DNA of 58,818 nucleotides from Sphingomonadales bacterium (GCA_043786595.1 JAYVVW010000167.1:1-58818), one strand, 5' to 3'. Shown: positions 20,521 through 31,532, numbered from the stretch's first letter. Numbers and translations are program-made. The notes: a model not told the origin generated them from the letters alone.

Positions 20521-21333
20521 ATGGTATCGCACTCAGGCCTTCTCACCGTGATGGACCGCGCCGCGCGCAAAGCGGGTGCGAAGCTGCGCCGCGATTTCAA
20601 TGAGGTTCAGCATTTGCAAGTCAGCCGCAAAGGCCCGGCTGACTTCGTGTCGAAAGCCGATCAGCAGTCTGAACGCACGCTTTATGATGAGCTTCTCTAC
20701 GCGCGGCCCGATTGGGGCTTCCTGATGGAAGAGGGCGGCGAGATTGCGGGCGATCCGACCAAGCCGCGATGGATCATCGATCCGCTCGACGGGACAAGTA
20801 ATTTCCTCCACGGGATTCCCCACTTCGCAATTTCAATCGCGGTCGAATCGCCGCTGCCGGGTGGCAACAGCGAAATTACGTCCGCGCTGGTGTATCAACC
20901 GCTGACCGATGAAAGCTTCTGGGCCGAAAAGGGCAGGGGCGCGTGGGTGCAAAGCCAGCGTCTGCGCGTATCGGCGCGGCGTGATCTGAGCGAAGCGCTC
21001 GTCGCGACGGGCATTCCGTTCATGGGGCACGGTAATTTTGACCAGTGGACGCGGATTTTTTCCGCGATCGCGCCCGAAGTTGCCGGAATTCGCCGCTTCG
21101 GTGCGGCATCGCTTGACCTCGCATGGCTTGCGGCAGGGCGCTATGATGGTTTCTGGGAGGCTGATTTGGCACCGTGGGACGTTGCTGCGGGCATATTGCT
21201 CGTGCGCGAAGCGGGCGGATTTGTCACCGATTTTCGCGGCGGAGACCGTGCGATCGAACGCAGCGAATTCCTTGCGGGCAATGATGTGCTCCATTCAAAA
21301 CTGCACAAGCTGCTGGCGAACGCACTGCGCTGA
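20521..21333 (+). CDS. suhB: Inositol monophosphatase family protein
   Basis: [19 protein letters not shown] and PWDVAAG motifs. Confidence 0.92.
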   Translation: MVSHSGLLTVMDRAARKAGAKLRRDFNEVQHLQVSRKGPADFVSKADQQSERTLYDELLYARPDWGFLMEEGGEIAGDPTKPRWIIDPLDGTSNFLHGIPHFAISIAVESPLPGGNSEITSALVYQPLTDESFWAEKGRGAWVQSQRLRVSARRDLSEALVATGIPFMGHGNFDQWTRIFSAIAPEVAGIRRFGAASLDLAWLAAGRYDGFWEADLAPWDVAAGILLVREAGGFVTDFRGGDRAIERSEFLAGNDVLHSKLHKLLANALR

Positions 21334-21454
21334 GATTTCAGTCGCAAAAAGCCACCAAAAAGCGCGGGTCGAAGCTTGCGAATGGAGGAAGCCTGTCCTA
21401 AAGCGCGCGGGTGAATTGGGGCAGTCCGCGCTTCAATTGAGGAGTCGCATCACT

Positions 21455-21832
21455 ATGGCTGCATCTGCTGCCGGATATTTGCCGATATTGCTCTTTCTGG
21501 GCGTCGCGCTTGCGCTTTCGAGCCTGTTTGTGTTTCTGCCGATGGCTGTTTCGCGCCTCACCGGAACGCATCAGCCAACGCCTGAAAAGCTCACCGAATA
21601 TGAATGCGGTTTTCCTGCGTTTGAGGGCAGTCGTGCACAGTTTGATGTTCGCTTTTACCTTGTCGCGATCCTGTTCATTATTTTCGATCTTGAGGCGGCG
21701 TTTCTGTTTCCCTGGGCGGTTTCGCTTCGGGAAAGCGGCTGGGCGGGATGGACGGCGATGATGGTCTTTCTCGCCGAACTCGTTCTCGGCTACATTTACG
21801 TTTGGAAAAAGGGAGCGCTCGAATGGGAGTAA
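21455..21832 (+). CDS. nuoA: NADH-quinone oxidoreductase subunit A
   Basis: [24 protein letters not shown]. Confidence 0.96.
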   Translation: MAASAAGYLPILLFLGVALALSSLFVFLPMAVSRLTGTHQPTPEKLTEYECGFPAFEGSRAQFDVRFYLVAILFIIFDLEAAFLFPWAVSLRESGWAGWTAMMVFLAELVLGYIYVWKKGALEWE

Positions 21833-22371
21833 GGCCCGCCATCGCCGCCAATGAGGTGGTTGCCGATGTGCCCGCCGACGCCAGTTTTTTCAACGGCCTC
21901 AATGATGAATTGTCAAACAAGGGCGTCGTCATGTCGTCAACCGAGGAGCTGCTCCAATGGGCGCGCACCGGTTCGCTCTGGCCATTGACCTTTGGTCTTG
22001 CCTGCTGCGGCGTTGAGATGATCCACGGTTATATGCCGCGTTATGATTTTGAGCGTTTCGGGATTGCCCCGCGCGCCAGCCCGCGTCAGTCCGATGTGAT
22101 GATCGTCGCTGGTACGCTGTGCAACAAGATGGCCCCCGCGCTGCGCAAGCTTTATGATCAGATGAGCAATCCCAAATATGTGATCTCGATGGGAAGCTGC
22201 GCGAACGGTGGCGGCTATTATCATTATAGCTATAGCGTCGTGCGCGGGTGCGACCGGATTGTGCCCGTTGACATCTATGTGCCCGGATGCCCGCCAACCG
22301 CCGAAGCATTGCTTTACGGGATCATGCAGTTGCAACGCAAAATCCGCCGCGTCGGAACAGTAGAGCGGTGA
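21823..22371 (+). CDS. nuoB: NADH-quinone oxidoreductase subunit B
   Basis: GLACC, SPRQSD, MGSCA, PGCPP. Confidence 0.97.
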   Translation: MGVRPAIAANEVVADVPADASFFNGLNDELSNKGVVMSSTEELLQWARTGSLWPLTFGLACCGVEMIHGYMPRYDFERFGIAPRASPRQSDVMIVAGTLCNKMAPALRKLYDQMSNPKYVISMGSCANGGGYYHYSYSVVRGCDRIVPVDIYVPGCPPTAEALLYGIMQLQRKIRRVGTVER

Positions 22372-23078
22372 GCCACTCAGCCCCGCGCTATACCACGCCG
22401 ACCGGCGCCATCGCCGCGTTCAAAAAGGCGCTTGGCAAGGATTTGTTGTCAATCGACGAAGCGAACGGCGAAGTTGCGCTCCATGTAAAGCGCGATGCGC
22501 TGCTCGATTGCATGATGCAATTGCGTGATACGTGCGATTATCAGCAGTTGATGGAGATTGCGGGCGTCGATTGGCCAGACCGCGATCCGCGATTTGAAAT
22601 CGTCTACTGCCTGCAAAGCCTGACCAAAAACCACCGCATCCGCGTTCATGTTGTCGCCAATGAAGATCAGCCGGTGCCTTCGGTCACATTGATCTGGCCT
22701 GTTGCGGGCTGGCTCGAACGTGAAGTGTTTGATATGTACGGCGTGCTGTTTGAAGGCAACACCGATCTGCGCCGTATTCTTACCGATTACGGCTTCACCG
22801 GCCATCCACAGCGTAAGGATTTCCCACTGACCGGTTATGTCGAGTTGCGCTATTCTGAAGAGCATAAGCGCGTGATGTATGAGCCCGTCCACCTAGCGCA
22901 GGATTTTCGCTCGTTCGATTTCATGAGTCCCTGGGAAGGTGCTGACTATATTCTGCCCGGCGATGAAAAAGTCATCCAGTCTGGCATGCCGCCGCGCGGA
23001 ACGCCGCCAAAGGTTGATACGCCCAAGACGACCGAAAATCGCAAGCAGACCGGCGCGGGCAAGGAGTCTGCGAAATGA
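22368..23078 (+). CDS. nuoC: NADH-quinone oxidoreductase subunit C
   Basis: [27 protein letters not shown]. Confidence 0.96.
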   Translation: MSHSAPRYTTPTGAIAAFKKALGKDLLSIDEANGEVALHVKRDALLDCMMQLRDTCDYQQLMEIAGVDWPDRDPRFEIVYCLQSLTKNHRIRVHVVANEDQPVPSVTLIWPVAGWLEREVFDMYGVLFEGNTDLRRILTDYGFTGHPQRKDFPLTGYVELRYSEEHKRVMYEPVHLAQDFRSFDFMSPWEGADYILPGDEKVIQSGMPPRGTPPKVDTPKTTENRKQTGAGKESAK

Positions 23079-24286
23079 GCCTGATCAAGGAAGTCACGCC
23101 AACCACCGGCGATGAGCAGATCGAGAATTACACAATCAATTTCGGCCCGCAGCATCCATCTGCGCACGGCGTGCTTCGCCTTGTCATGGAGCTTGACGGT
23201 GAGATTGTTGAGCGGCTTGATCCGCATATCGGTCTGCTCCACCGCGGCACTGAAAAGCTGATCGAGCATAAGACCTATCTCCAGGCGCTACCCTATTTTG
23301 ACCGGCTCGATTACGCCTCTCCGCTCGCGATGGAATATACTTATGTGCTTGCGATTGAGAAGTTGCTCAATCTTGAAGTGCCGCTGCGCGCGCAATATCT
23401 CCGGGTGTTCTTTGCCGAACTGACGCGCGTTTCAAACCATGTCCTCAATCTTGCCCACCACACGCTAGACGTTGGCGCGATGACGCCCGGCCTCTGGATG
23501 TATGAAACGCGTGAGGATTGCCTCAACTTCTTTGAACGGGCGAGCGGTGCGCGGATGCATTGTGCCTTGTTTCGCCCCGGCGGGCTGCATCAGGATGTTC
23601 CTCTCAAGCTGCTCGCCGATATTGGTGACTGGCTCGACAACCGTTTGCCGCGCCTGTTTGAAGATGGGCTGAAACTTGTGGTCGACAACCGCATATTCAA
23701 GCAGCGCAATGTGGGTATCGCGGTCGTCAGCAAGGATGATGCGATCAAATGGGGCTTTTCAGGCCCGATGATCCGCGCGGCTGGCGTCCCGTGGGATCTG
23801 CGCAAGTCGCAGCCTTATGATGTCTATGACCGGATGGAATTTGACATTCCCGTCGGCACCAAGGGCGATTGCTATGACCGGTTCATGGTTCGCTGTGAGG
23901 AAGTCCGCCAGTCGATCCGCATCATGAAACAGTGCCTGCGCGATATGCCCGAGGGGCCAATCGCTTCGGATGACCGCAAGATCGTCCCCCCCAAGCGCGC
24001 CGAGATGAAGCAAAGCATGGAAGCGCTGATCCACCACTTCAAACTCTACACCGAAGGGTTTAAGGTGCCCGCAGGCAGCGTCTACGTCGCGACTGAAAGC
24101 CCCAAGGGGGAGTTTGGGGTGTATCTTGTTTCGGATGGGTCGAACAAGCCTTACCGCTGCAAGATTAGGCCGACGGCGTTTTCGCACTTGCAGGCGATGG
24201 ATTTCATGACGCGCGGGCATATGCTGGCGGATACGACGGCGATTCTCGGCGCGCTCGACATTGTGTTTGGGGAGTGTGACCGGTGA
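23075..24286 (+). CDS. nuoD: NADH-quinone oxidoreductase subunit D
   Basis: [29 protein letters not shown]. Confidence 0.98.
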   Translation: MSLIKEVTPTTGDEQIENYTINFGPQHPSAHGVLRLVMELDGEIVERLDPHIGLLHRGTEKLIEHKTYLQALPYFDRLDYASPLAMEYTYVLAIEKLLNLEVPLRAQYLRVFFAELTRVSNHVLNLAHHTLDVGAMTPGLWMYETREDCLNFFERASGARMHCALFRPGGLHQDVPLKLLADIGDWLDNRLPRLFEDGLKLVVDNRIFKQRNVGIAVVSKDDAIKWGFSGPMIRAAGVPWDLRKSQPYDVYDRMEFDIPVGTKGDCYDRFMVRCEEVRQSIRIMKQCLRDMPEGPIASDDRKIVPPKRAEMKQSMEALIHHFKLYTEGFKVPAGSVYVATESPKGEFGVYLVSDGSNKPYRCKIRPTAFSHLQAMDFMTRGHMLADTTAILGALDIVFGECDR

Positions 24287-24600
24287 GGCTGCCATTAATT
24301 GATCAATATGCAGCTTATCTGAGACGAGGCTTTATATCAGACCGGCGATATTTTTCCTTCGGTAGACGTGAACAAGCAAAATTTTTACTGGCTGGGGGTT
24401 TGCTAGTTTTACTTGCAAATGAGTATGTAGAGTACTCTTGTTATAGATATTTGTTGATAGTAGTTGCAACGCTGATTGGTTTTGGCGGTACATTGTTTGT
24501 GTTGATTACACAGTTATGCATAGCTGATAGATTTGGAGATAAACGATACAATATATTCATCCGTAAAAGGCTGTCGGATGAATATCGAGATGACAAATAA
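24283..24600 (+). CDS. Accessory AT-rich two-TM hypothetical protein (cargo)
   Basis: GTGA overlap with nuoD stop; visibly AT-rich; two hydrophobic stretches. Confidence 0.65.
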   Translation: MRLPLIDQYAAYLRRGFISDRRYFSFGRREQAKFLLAGGLLVLLANEYVEYSCYRYLLIVVATLIGFGGTLFVLITQLCIADRFGDKRYNIFIRKRLSDEYRDDK

Positions 24601-24649
24601 TGGCTGACACCTCCACTATGCCCAACGAAGCCGCACCCCACGCCTTTTT

Positions 24650-24731
24650 CGTCATTGCGAGCGAAGCGCGGCAACCCAGTTCTACGTTCGGAAGACTGGA
24701 TTGCCGCGTCGCTTCGCTCCTCGCAATGACG
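24650..24731. repeat. REP-like palindromic element, copy 1
   Basis: CGTCATTGCGAG...GCGGCAACCCAG / CTGGATTGCCGC...CTCGCAATGACG nested inverted repeats. Confidence 0.85.
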
Positions 24732-24791
24732 GGAGGCGAATGTGGCTGACACCCCCACCATCCGCAACCGCGTCGAAGCCCGCGCCCTATT

Positions 24792-24872
24792 CGTCATTGC
24801 GAGCGAAGCGCGGCAATCCAGTTCCACGTTCGGGATTCTGGATTGCCGTGTCGCTTTGCTCCTCGCAATGAG
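24792..24872. repeat. REP-like palindromic element, copy 2
   Basis: CGTCATTGCGAG...CGGCAATCCAG / CTGGATTGCCG...CTCGCAATGAG. Confidence 0.85.
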
Positions 24873-24905
24873 GGGGGCATGCTATCCTCTGAAAGGCGCG
24901 ATCAG

Positions 24906-25133
24906 ATGACTGAGAATGTTGAAAGTTTGATCCTTGAGCGCCTGTGCCGGATGGACGAACGGCTGGGCAATATCGAGGATGATATGATGGGCATAAAGAC
25001 GCGCGTGTCAGCGATCGATGAACATCTTGCGGGCATGTTGATCAGTCTTGGAGGCCTCAACACGCGAATGGGCAAATTCGACGAACGGTTTGCCCGCGTT
25101 GAACGGCGGCTTGATCTGACAGAGGTTCGATAG
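24906..25133 (+). CDS. Small coiled-coil hypothetical protein (cargo)
   Basis: GAAAGG RBS; [13 protein letters not shown]...[12 protein letters not shown] with heptad pattern. Confidence 0.7.
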   Translation: MTENVESLILERLCRMDERLGNIEDDMMGIKTRVSAIDEHLAGMLISLGGLNTRMGKFDERFARVERRLDLTEVR

Positions 25134-25261
25134 TGCAGAGGTTGCCAACCGCGTTCTGGCATTTGCGAGCAATGGATTTCATGACGCGCGGGCAAATGTT
25201 GGCGGATACGTCGGCGATTTCGGGCGCGCGCGATAGTGTGTTTGGGGAGTGTGACCAGTGA
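25134..25261 (+). pseudogene. Decayed duplicate of the nuoD 3' end
   Basis: [38 protein letters not shown] versus Nuo[39 protein letters not shown]. Confidence 0.92.
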
Positions 25262-25785
25262 TCGGACGGCGGGAAATGTTGGCGGCTACAGCTGCAGGTA
25301 TCGGCGCGATCGCATCGGCAAGCGGAGCCGACGCTTGCACGCTGATCGCAACACGTAGAGCAAAACCATTCCGATCGTCGACTTGCGAGCGTCAAATCCG
25401 TCAGATCGTTGATTTTGCGAACCTCGCGCATGCAAAAACCGATGAAGAGGTAACCGCCTGGGCTGAAAAGACGGGTATCGATGCGCAGTATGGCGGTGAC
25501 GATTTTGATAATAGCCGGGTTTTGCAAACCATGCGGATTTCTGATGGCAAAGTTGACCTCAAGCCCATCAGAATTCTTGAGATAAATCTGCTTCGACAGC
25601 TTGGAAACAAAGCAAGTTATCAATTTACGTTGCGCCGGAACCAGTTTTCGGCAGCTGATGACGAAGGTTGCAACGGCCTGTTCACGCACGGCGAATTCTA
25701 CTCAGATGTAGACACAGCTTTTCTTGCTTGGTTTGAGGATAACGAGTTTCAAGGCTTTCGCGAATTTCCCGAGTGGTATGTTTGA
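25258..25785 (+). CDS. Exported hypothetical protein with Tat-like signal (cargo)
   Basis: GRREML twin-arginine motif, h-region and ADA cleavage site; GTGA overlap with the nuoD copy; TGATG overlap with nuoE. Confidence 0.7.
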   Translation: MIGRREMLAATAAGIGAIASASGADACTLIATRRAKPFRSSTCERQIRQIVDFANLAHAKTDEEVTAWAEKTGIDAQYGGDDFDNSRVLQTMRISDGKVDLKPIRILEINLLRQLGNKASYQFTLRRNQFSAADDEGCNGLFTHGEFYSDVDTAFLAWFEDNEFQGFREFPEWYV

Positions 25786-26423
25786 TGGCTGACACCCCCA
25801 CCATCCCCAACGAAGCCGAAACCCGTGCCAAATGGGGTGCCTTCGCTTGGACTCCAGACAACGCCAAAACCGCCGCGATGTATGTCGCACGCTACCCCTC
25901 TGGCCGCCAACAGTCAGCCGTGATGCCCTTGCTTGATCTCGCTCAGCGACAAGTTGGCGTTGAGACCAAAACGCAGGGCTGGCTGCCCGTGCCGGTGATC
26001 GAATTTGTCGCGGCGCAGCTTGGCATGCCCTATATGCGCGCTTACGAGGTTGCGACGTTTTACACGATGTATAACCTCGCGCCCGTTGGCCGCTATCATG
26101 TTCAGGTTTGCGGTACGACGCCGTGCCTGTTGCGCGGCTCCGATGATGTCCTTGCCGCGTGCAAGAATCGCGGGCTGGTCAAGGGCGGGACGACGCCTGA
26201 CGGGCTGTTCACGCTGACCGAGGTTGAGTGCCTTGGTGCGTGCGCGAATGCGCCGATGGTGCAGATCAACGATGATAATTTCGAAGACCTGACCTATGAC
26301 AGCATGGACGCGGTTCTTGAGGCGCTGGCGACGAATCAAGCGGTGAAAATCGGCCCGCAAGTGGATCGCCAGACAAGCTGCCCTGAGGGCGGGCCGACGA
26401 GTTTGCTGGAGTTTGTAAAGTGA
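25785..26423 (+). CDS. nuoE: NADH-quinone oxidoreductase subunit E
   Basis: VATFYTMY, CGTTPC, ECLGAC.NAP. Confidence 0.97.
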   Translation: MADTPTIPNEAETRAKWGAFAWTPDNAKTAAMYVARYPSGRQQSAVMPLLDLAQRQVGVETKTQGWLPVPVIEFVAAQLGMPYMRAYEVATFYTMYNLAPVGRYHVQVCGTTPCLLRGSDDVLAACKNRGLVKGGTTPDGLFTLTEVECLGACANAPMVQINDDNFEDLTYDSMDAVLEALATNQAVKIGPQVDRQTSCPEGGPTSLLEFVK

Positions 26424-26572
26424 GCAGGGCAAGCCTCATTGCATTGGGTTTGGCTGCGTTCGTTGGAGCAATTGCATTGTCGTATTTTGGGCAAAGAGTT
26501 TTAGCAGTGATTCTAATTCCCATTTGCGCTGGCCTAATTGCCAAGGGCGCACTTAAAGGAATTGTGAAGTGA
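26420..26572 (+). CDS. 50-aa two-TM small protein (cargo), not in the ORF track
   Basis: GTGA overlap with nuoE stop; MSRASLIALGLAAFVGAIALSYFGQRVLAVILIPICAGLIAKGALKGIVK. Confidence 0.6.
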   Translation: MSRASLIALGLAAFVGAIALSYFGQRVLAVILIPICAGLIAKGALKGIVK

Positions 26573-26584
26573 ATTTTCTCCACT

Positions 26585-26677
26585 CTTCTTCGCGGCCTTT
26601 GCAACTTCGCGATCTTCGCGTGAAGCCGACTTTTTTCTTTTTCACGCGAAGCGCGCGAAGAAGCTACGTTCGCGAAG
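26585..26677. repeat. Tandem-unit inverted repeat (CTTCGCG)n-TGAA...TTCA-(CGCGAAG)n
   Basis: CTTCGCG at 26588, 26605, 26614; CGCGAAG at 26645, 26654, 26671. Confidence 0.8.
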
Positions 26678-26692
26678 GCAAGGTGTGAAGGT

Positions 26693-27991
26693 ATGAGCCT
26701 TTCTGATAAAGACCGCATTTTCACCAACCTCTACGGTTTCCAGCCGTTCACCCTCGCGGCTGCCAAAAAGCGCGGTGATTGGGATGGAACAAAGAAGCTG
26801 CTTGAAGCAGGCCCCGATGCGATCATCGAAAGCATCAAGGCATCCGGCCTGCGCGGGCGCGGCGGTGCGGGCTTCCCGACAGGGATGAAGTGGAGCTTCA
26901 TGCCCAAGGCGCCGACCGATAACCGCCCCAATTTCCTCGTCATCAACGCCGATGAGAGCGAGCCCGGCAGTTGTAAAGACCGCGAAATCATCCGCCATGA
27001 TCCGCACAAGCTGATCGAGGGCGCGTTGATCGCGGGTTTCGCAATGCGCGCGCGCGCGGCGTATATCTACATTCGCGGCGAATTCATTTATGAAGCCAAA
27101 GTGCTCGAAGGCGCAGTCGCCGAAGCCTATGCGGCAGGGCTGATCGGCAAGAATGCGTGTAAATCAGGCTATGATTTTGACGTGTTCGTCCACCGGGGTG
27201 CAGGCGCGTATATCTGCGGCGAAGAAACCGCGATGCTCGAAAGCCTCGAAGGCAAAAAGGGCCAGCCACGCCTCAAACCGCCATTTCCTGCGGGCGCGGG
27301 GCTTTATGGTTGCCCGACGACAGTCAACAATGTTGAAAGTATCGCCGTCACGCCGACGATATTGCGCCGTACACCCGCGTGGTTTGCAGGCATCGGCAAT
27401 CCCAAGAATGAAGGAACCAAATTGTTCCAGATTTCGGGTCACGTCAACACGCCGTGTACCGTTGAGGAGGCGATGGGCATCCCGTTCCGCGAACTAATCG
27501 AAAAGCATTGTGGCGGGATCCGTGGTGGCTGGGACAATCTGCTCGCGGTGATCCCCGGTGGTTCGTCGGTGCCGCTTGTCCCCGCGCACGAGATTATGGA
27601 TGCACCAATGGACTTTGACGGGTTGAAGGCGCTTGGCTCGGGCCTTGGCACCGCAGCGGTGATCGTGATGGACAAAAGCACCGACATCGTCCGCGCGATT
27701 TCACGGCTCAGCTATTTCTACAAGCACGAAAGCTGTGGCCAATGCACCCCCTGCCGCGAAGGCACCGGCTGGATGTGGCGCGTGATGGAACGGATGCGCA
27801 CCGGCGACGCTGATGTGTCGGAAATCGACACGCTGTATGAAGTCACCAAACAAGTCGAAGGCCACACCATCTGCGCGCTCGGCGATGCGGCGGCGTGGCC
27901 AATCCAGGGGCTGATCAAGCATTTCCGCCCCGAAATGGAGCGGCGTATTATGGAAGCGAATGGTGGCGAAATGTTGGAGGCGGCGGAGTGA
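26693..27991 (+). CDS. nuoF: NADH-quinone oxidoreductase subunit F
   Basis: [41 protein letters not shown]. Confidence 0.98.
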   Translation: MSLSDKDRIFTNLYGFQPFTLAAAKKRGDWDGTKKLLEAGPDAIIESIKASGLRGRGGAGFPTGMKWSFMPKAPTDNRPNFLVINADESEPGSCKDREIIRHDPHKLIEGALIAGFAMRARAAYIYIRGEFIYEAKVLEGAVAEAYAAGLIGKNACKSGYDFDVFVHRGAGAYICGEETAMLESLEGKKGQPRLKPPFPAGAGLYGCPTTVNNVESIAVTPTILRRTPAWFAGIGNPKNEGTKLFQISGHVNTPCTVEEAMGIPFRELIEKHCGGIRGGWDNLLAVIPGGSSVPLVPAHEIMDAPMDFDGLKALGSGLGTAAVIVMDKSTDIVRAISRLSYFYKHESCGQCTPCREGTGWMWRVMERMRTGDADVSEIDTLYEVTKQVEGHTICALGDAAAWPIQGLIKHFRPEMERRIMEANGGEMLEAAE

Positions 27992-27995
27992 GCGT

Positions 27996-28148
27996 ATGGA
28001 TGCACTCTTTGAACTCTTCGCAATTTTCTGGCCTCCAAAGGGGCAGAGAGACCGACGATGGTAGCGCCTCGGAATTGTCTTGGGTGGTTCGAGCTTCGCA
28101 ATTGCTGCGATTCTTCTTGGCATTTCGAGCTTGCGGAGTGGCAACTGA
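27996..28148 (+). pseudogene. Small membrane-protein cargo interrupted by an in-frame TAG
   Basis: MDALFELFAIFWPPKGQRDRRW*RLGIVLGGSSFAIAAILLGISSLRSGN*; internal stop at 28062. Confidence 0.45.
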
Positions 28149-28184
28149 TTGTCGCTTAGTCTCAGCAGCGAAGGTAAGTTACGC

Positions 28185-28889
28185 ATGAATATGCTCAAAC
28201 TCATCACATTAGCATTGACGACGACTAGTCTGTGCGCGCCTGCTTTCGCGCAGGAAACGGGAACATTGATCCAGCGCAAGGCGGCGCAGATCCATGGCAC
28301 CTCAAAAACTGACGCGCGGCGCACGGTGTTAGAATTTGCAGCCTGCTTGATTAGCCGCTCACCGGGTCGCGCAGACAAGATGGTGGCACTGCCGATCTCT
28401 GCGCGCGAATATCAAATCATGTACCGAAATCTGTATGACACCTTTGATGATGAGTGTCTGAGCAGCGGTGACACCGGCGGTGTGCAGCTTCGTTTTTCGC
28501 CCACAGTGTTTCGCGCTGGTCTGTTTGAAGAACTGTATCGCCGCAATTTCGGTCGCAAAGGCCCTACCGATTTTCAGGCAGTGACGACCAGCGGATACCG
28601 TGAATTGTACGGAGACGCGGTTGCAGACCCCGAAGTGCGAAACGCGATTGCGATTGAACAATTTGGTGAATGCGTGACACGCGCAGACGGTGCGGGCGTC
28701 CGTGAGTTGATGACCGCTAATGCCGGATCGGCTGATGAAGCCGGTACATTCGCTCGCCTTTCTTCACGTTTGGGCGCGTGTCTCCCCAAGGGCGAAAAAA
28801 TCGCGTTCTCAAAACCAATCCTCAAAGGCGCACTGGCCGAAGGCATTTACCGCCTTTCGCTCGTGGCGGTTGCTGGGGTGAAGAAGTGA
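28185..28889 (+). CDS. Secreted helical protein with two Cys-paired internal repeats (cargo)
   Basis: Sec signal ..PAFA; repeats FAAC..CL..FS..EELYR and FGEC..CL..FS..EGIYR. Confidence 0.75.
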   Translation: MNMLKLITLALTTTSLCAPAFAQETGTLIQRKAAQIHGTSKTDARRTVLEFAACLISRSPGRADKMVALPISAREYQIMYRNLYDTFDDECLSSGDTGGVQLRFSPTVFRAGLFEELYRRNFGRKGPTDFQAVTTSGYRELYGDAVADPEVRNAIAIEQFGECVTRADGAGVRELMTANAGSADEAGTFARLSSRLGACLPKGEKIAFSKPILKGALAEGIYRLSLVAVAGVKK

Positions 28890-28900
28890 TGTTGTTTATT

Positions 28901-28976
28901 GCGTGCCAGATTCATGGGCTGATCAAGCGTTTGTGGCCGGAGATGGTGCGGTGGATTGCCGGAGGCGGCAGAGTGA
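28901..28976 (+). pseudogene. Decayed duplicate of the nuoF 3' end
   Basis: ACQIHGLIKRLWPEMVRWI...GGAGGCGGCAGAGTGA versus Nuo[20 protein letters not shown]...GGAGGCGGCGGAGTGA. Confidence 0.8.
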
Positions 28977-29527
28977 GACATCTATTATCAGCGGTAGCAA
29001 TTGCTTGTTCACTTATCATTGTTTCACCTGCCTATGCAGGCAAAAATGACGATGCGTGGGCCAAATGTTTGTGGGAAAAGGTTCCTACGTCGACGAATAA
29101 TTGGCTGGGCTTGCCATTGCCACCCAAGTGGCAGAGCCCCGGCGCAATTCAACCTGAGTACGCGCTTCAAAACCGATTACAAGCGGCCTGCAATAACCAT
29201 TTAATTCCGCAAGGTAAGAAATCGGCGCCGAGTTTCAACGCAAAGTCCGTGCGAGCGGCGTTGATTGCTACGAAGCCGCCAGTGATTAGTGGAGATTTCA
29301 TTGATCCCAAGGCCTACCTTTGTAGACGTTTCTTCACTAACGACAAAGACATGAAAAATCCGGCTGGGTTTCGCTGGGGTTTTGGTGATGATACAAGCAA
29401 AGCTCAATTTGGATCGATGTCGCTTATTTTTGCGGCTCAGGGTGGCGGAAGTGTCGGATTGCCCGAAACGGGAGGGCTGGAACAATGCTCTTGGATCCAG
29501 GCAGACGGAAGCCTAATCAATGCCTAG
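28973..29527 (+). CDS. Secreted Cys-containing hypothetical protein (cargo)
   Basis: GTG start overlaps the stop of the nuoF copy; signal MRHLLSAVAIACSLIIVSPAYA; stop overlaps the nuoG start. Confidence 0.7.
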   Translation: MRHLLSAVAIACSLIIVSPAYAGKNDDAWAKCLWEKVPTSTNNWLGLPLPPKWQSPGAIQPEYALQNRLQAACNNHLIPQGKKSAPSFNAKSVRAALIATKPPVISGDFIDPKAYLCRRFFTNDKDMKNPAGFRWGFGDDTSKAQFGSMSLIFAAQGGGSVGLPETGGLEQCSWIQADGSLINA

Positions 29528-31532
29528 AGTAACCGTAGACGGCACCGAACTGGAAGTCCCCGCCGGAGCCACCGTGCTCCAGGCGTGCGAGCTTGCGGGC
29601 AGGGAAATTCCGCGTTTTTGCTATCACGAACGGCTGTCGATTGCGGGTAATTGCCGGATGTGCTTGGTTGAGGTTTCTCCTGGGCCGCCTAAGCCTCAGG
29701 CATCTTGCGCGCTGCCTGCCGCTGAAGGGCAGATCATCAGGACCAATTCGCCGATGGTCAAAAAGGCGCGTGAGGGGGTGATGGAGTTTTTGCTGATCAA
29801 CCACCCGCTTGATTGCCCGATTTGCGATCAGGGCGGTGAGTGCGATTTGCAGGATCAATCGCTCGCTTACGGCCGCGGCGCATCGCGCTATCCTGAGAAT
29901 AAGCGCGCCGTCACCGAGAAATATATGGGCCCGATCGTCAAGACGGCAATGACGCGCTGTATCCAATGCACGCGCTGCATCCGCTTTGCGCAAGAAGTGG
30001 CGGGGATCGAAGAAATCGGCGCGATCGGTCGCGGTGAAAATATGCAGATTACATCCTATCTGGAACGCGCGGTGACAAGCGAGCTATCGGGCAATGTCGT
30101 TGATCTCTGTCCCGTCGGCGCACTAACGAGTAAACCATATGCGTTCGAAGCGCGGCCATGGGAGCTTAAGAAAACTGCGAGCATCGATGTGATGGACGCG
30201 GTTGGCACAAACATCCGGCTTGATGCACGTGGGCGTCAGGTGCTGCGCGCACTGCCGCGGATCAATGAGGATGTGAACGAAGAATGGGCGCATGATAAAA
30301 CGCGCCACGCGGTTGACGGTCTTGTGCACGGCCGCCTCGATCAACCGTTCGTTCGCAGAAATGGCAAGCTGGTGCCCGCGTCATGGAATGAAGCATTTGC
30401 GGCGATTGCGGGCGTGTCGCACGACGGATCGGTTGCGGCGATCGCGGGTGATCTGGTTGACTGCGAAACAATGTTCGCAGCGCGCGCGCTTGTTACCGCG
30501 ATGGGCGGAAGCCTGTTCGAAGGGCGTCAGACGGGTCTGGCGTATGACACCTCGTCGCTGTCGGCGGTCAATTTCAACAGCCGGATTGCTGGCATCGAGC
30601 ATGCCGATGTCATTCTGCTGATCGGCAGCGACCTCCGCCGTGAAGCGCCGCTGATCAATACGCGCATTCAAAAAGCGGTGCGCTGCAAGGGGACAAAGGT
30701 TTTCGCGATCGGCCCGGTAACGGATTTGTCCTATAAGGTCGAATGGCTGGGCAGCGATCTATCGGCGCTGACTAAGGCACCAAAGTCGCTAGCGGACGCG
30801 TTGAGCGGGGCTAAGCAGCCTGCGATCATCGTTGGTGGCGGCGCGCTGCGTTATGACGGCGTCCACGGTGCGGCGCTGGCGCTTGCCAAGAAATATGATG
30901 TCGTGCGTGCAGACTGGAACGGCTTCAACGTCGTCCATTTCGCCGCCGCGCGGATGGGTGGGCTGATGCTTGGCTATGCGCATGACGGCGGGATCAGGGC
31001 ACTTGCGGCAAAGACGCCCAAGCTCGCCTTCTTCCTCGGCGCAGATGAGGTCGATTACAAGCTGTTTGCCGACACGTTCAAAGTCTATGTCGGCCACCAC
31101 GGCGATAACGGCGCGCGCCATGCCGATGTGATCTTGCCGGGCGCTGCCTACACCGAGAAATCGGGAACCTACGTCAACAACGAGGGCCGGGTGCAACGCG
31201 GCGACCGCGCGGTCTTCCCGCCCGGAGATGCGCGCGAGGACTGGGCGATTTTCCGCGCGCTTTCCGATGTTGTGGGACATACGCTGCCGTTCGACAGTCT
31301 TGATGGATTGCGCGAAGTGATGGCCGTAGCGGTGCCCGGATTGGCACATGAGGGACTCGTTGATTTTGGGTGGAACACACCCCAATTGTCCGCGAAAGTC
31401 AGCGGCGCGATTGTCGATTATCCGATCAAGGATTTCTACCTGACCAACGCAATCTGCCGCGCCAGCCCGACGATGCAACGCTGCTCAAGCGAACTCGTCC
31501 ACGGGGAAGCGTTTCTGGAGGCGGCGGAATGA
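29520..31532 (+). CDS. nuoG: NADH-quinone oxidoreductase subunit G
   Basis: IPRFCYH..AGNCRMC, HPLDCPICDQGGEC, RCIQCTRC. Confidence 0.98.
   Translation: MPRVTVDGTELEVPAGATVLQACELAGREIPRFCYHERLSIAGNCRMCLVEVSPGPPKPQASCALPAAEGQIIRTNSPMVKKAREGVMEFLLINHPLDCPICDQGGECDLQDQSLAYGRGASRYPENKRAVTEKYMGPIVKTAMTRCIQCTRCIRFAQEVAGIEEIGAIGRGENMQITSYLERAVTSELSGNVVDLCPVGALTSKPYAFEARPWELKKTASIDVMDAVGTNIRLDARGRQVLRALPRINEDVNEEWAHDKTRHAVDGLVHGRLDQPFVRRNGKLVPASWNEAFAAIAGVSHDGSVAAIAGDLVDCETMFAARALVTAMGGSLFEGRQTGLAYDTSSLSAVNFNSRIAGIEHADVILLIGSDLRREAPLINTRIQKAVRCKGTKVFAIGPVTDLSYKVEWLGSDLSALTKAPKSLADALSGAKQPAIIVGGGALRYDGVHGAALALAKKYDVVRADWNGFNVVHFAAARMGGLMLGYAHDGGIRALAAKTPKLAFFLGADEVDYKLFADTFKVYVGHHGDNGARHADVILPGAAYTEKSGTYVNNEGRVQRGDRAVFPPGDAREDWAIFRALSDVVGHTLPFDSLDGLREVMAVAVPGLAHEGLVDFGWNTPQLSAKVSGAIVDYPIKDFYLTNAICRASPTMQRCSSELVHGEAFLEAAE

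Larger units (their letters stand above)
24600..24872 (+). repeat. Two 142-bp-period units, each a decayed nuoE 5' end followed by a palindromic element
   Basis: ATGGCTGACACCTCCACTATGCCCAACGAAGCC at 24600 and GTGGCTGACACCCCCACCATCCGCAAC at 24742 match the nuoE start at 25785. Confidence 0.9.

Noticed and set aside
24600-24872. Direct repeats resembling a CRISPR array
   Set aside because: Only two 142-bp units, the 'spacers' are nuoE-start copies, and there are no cas genes
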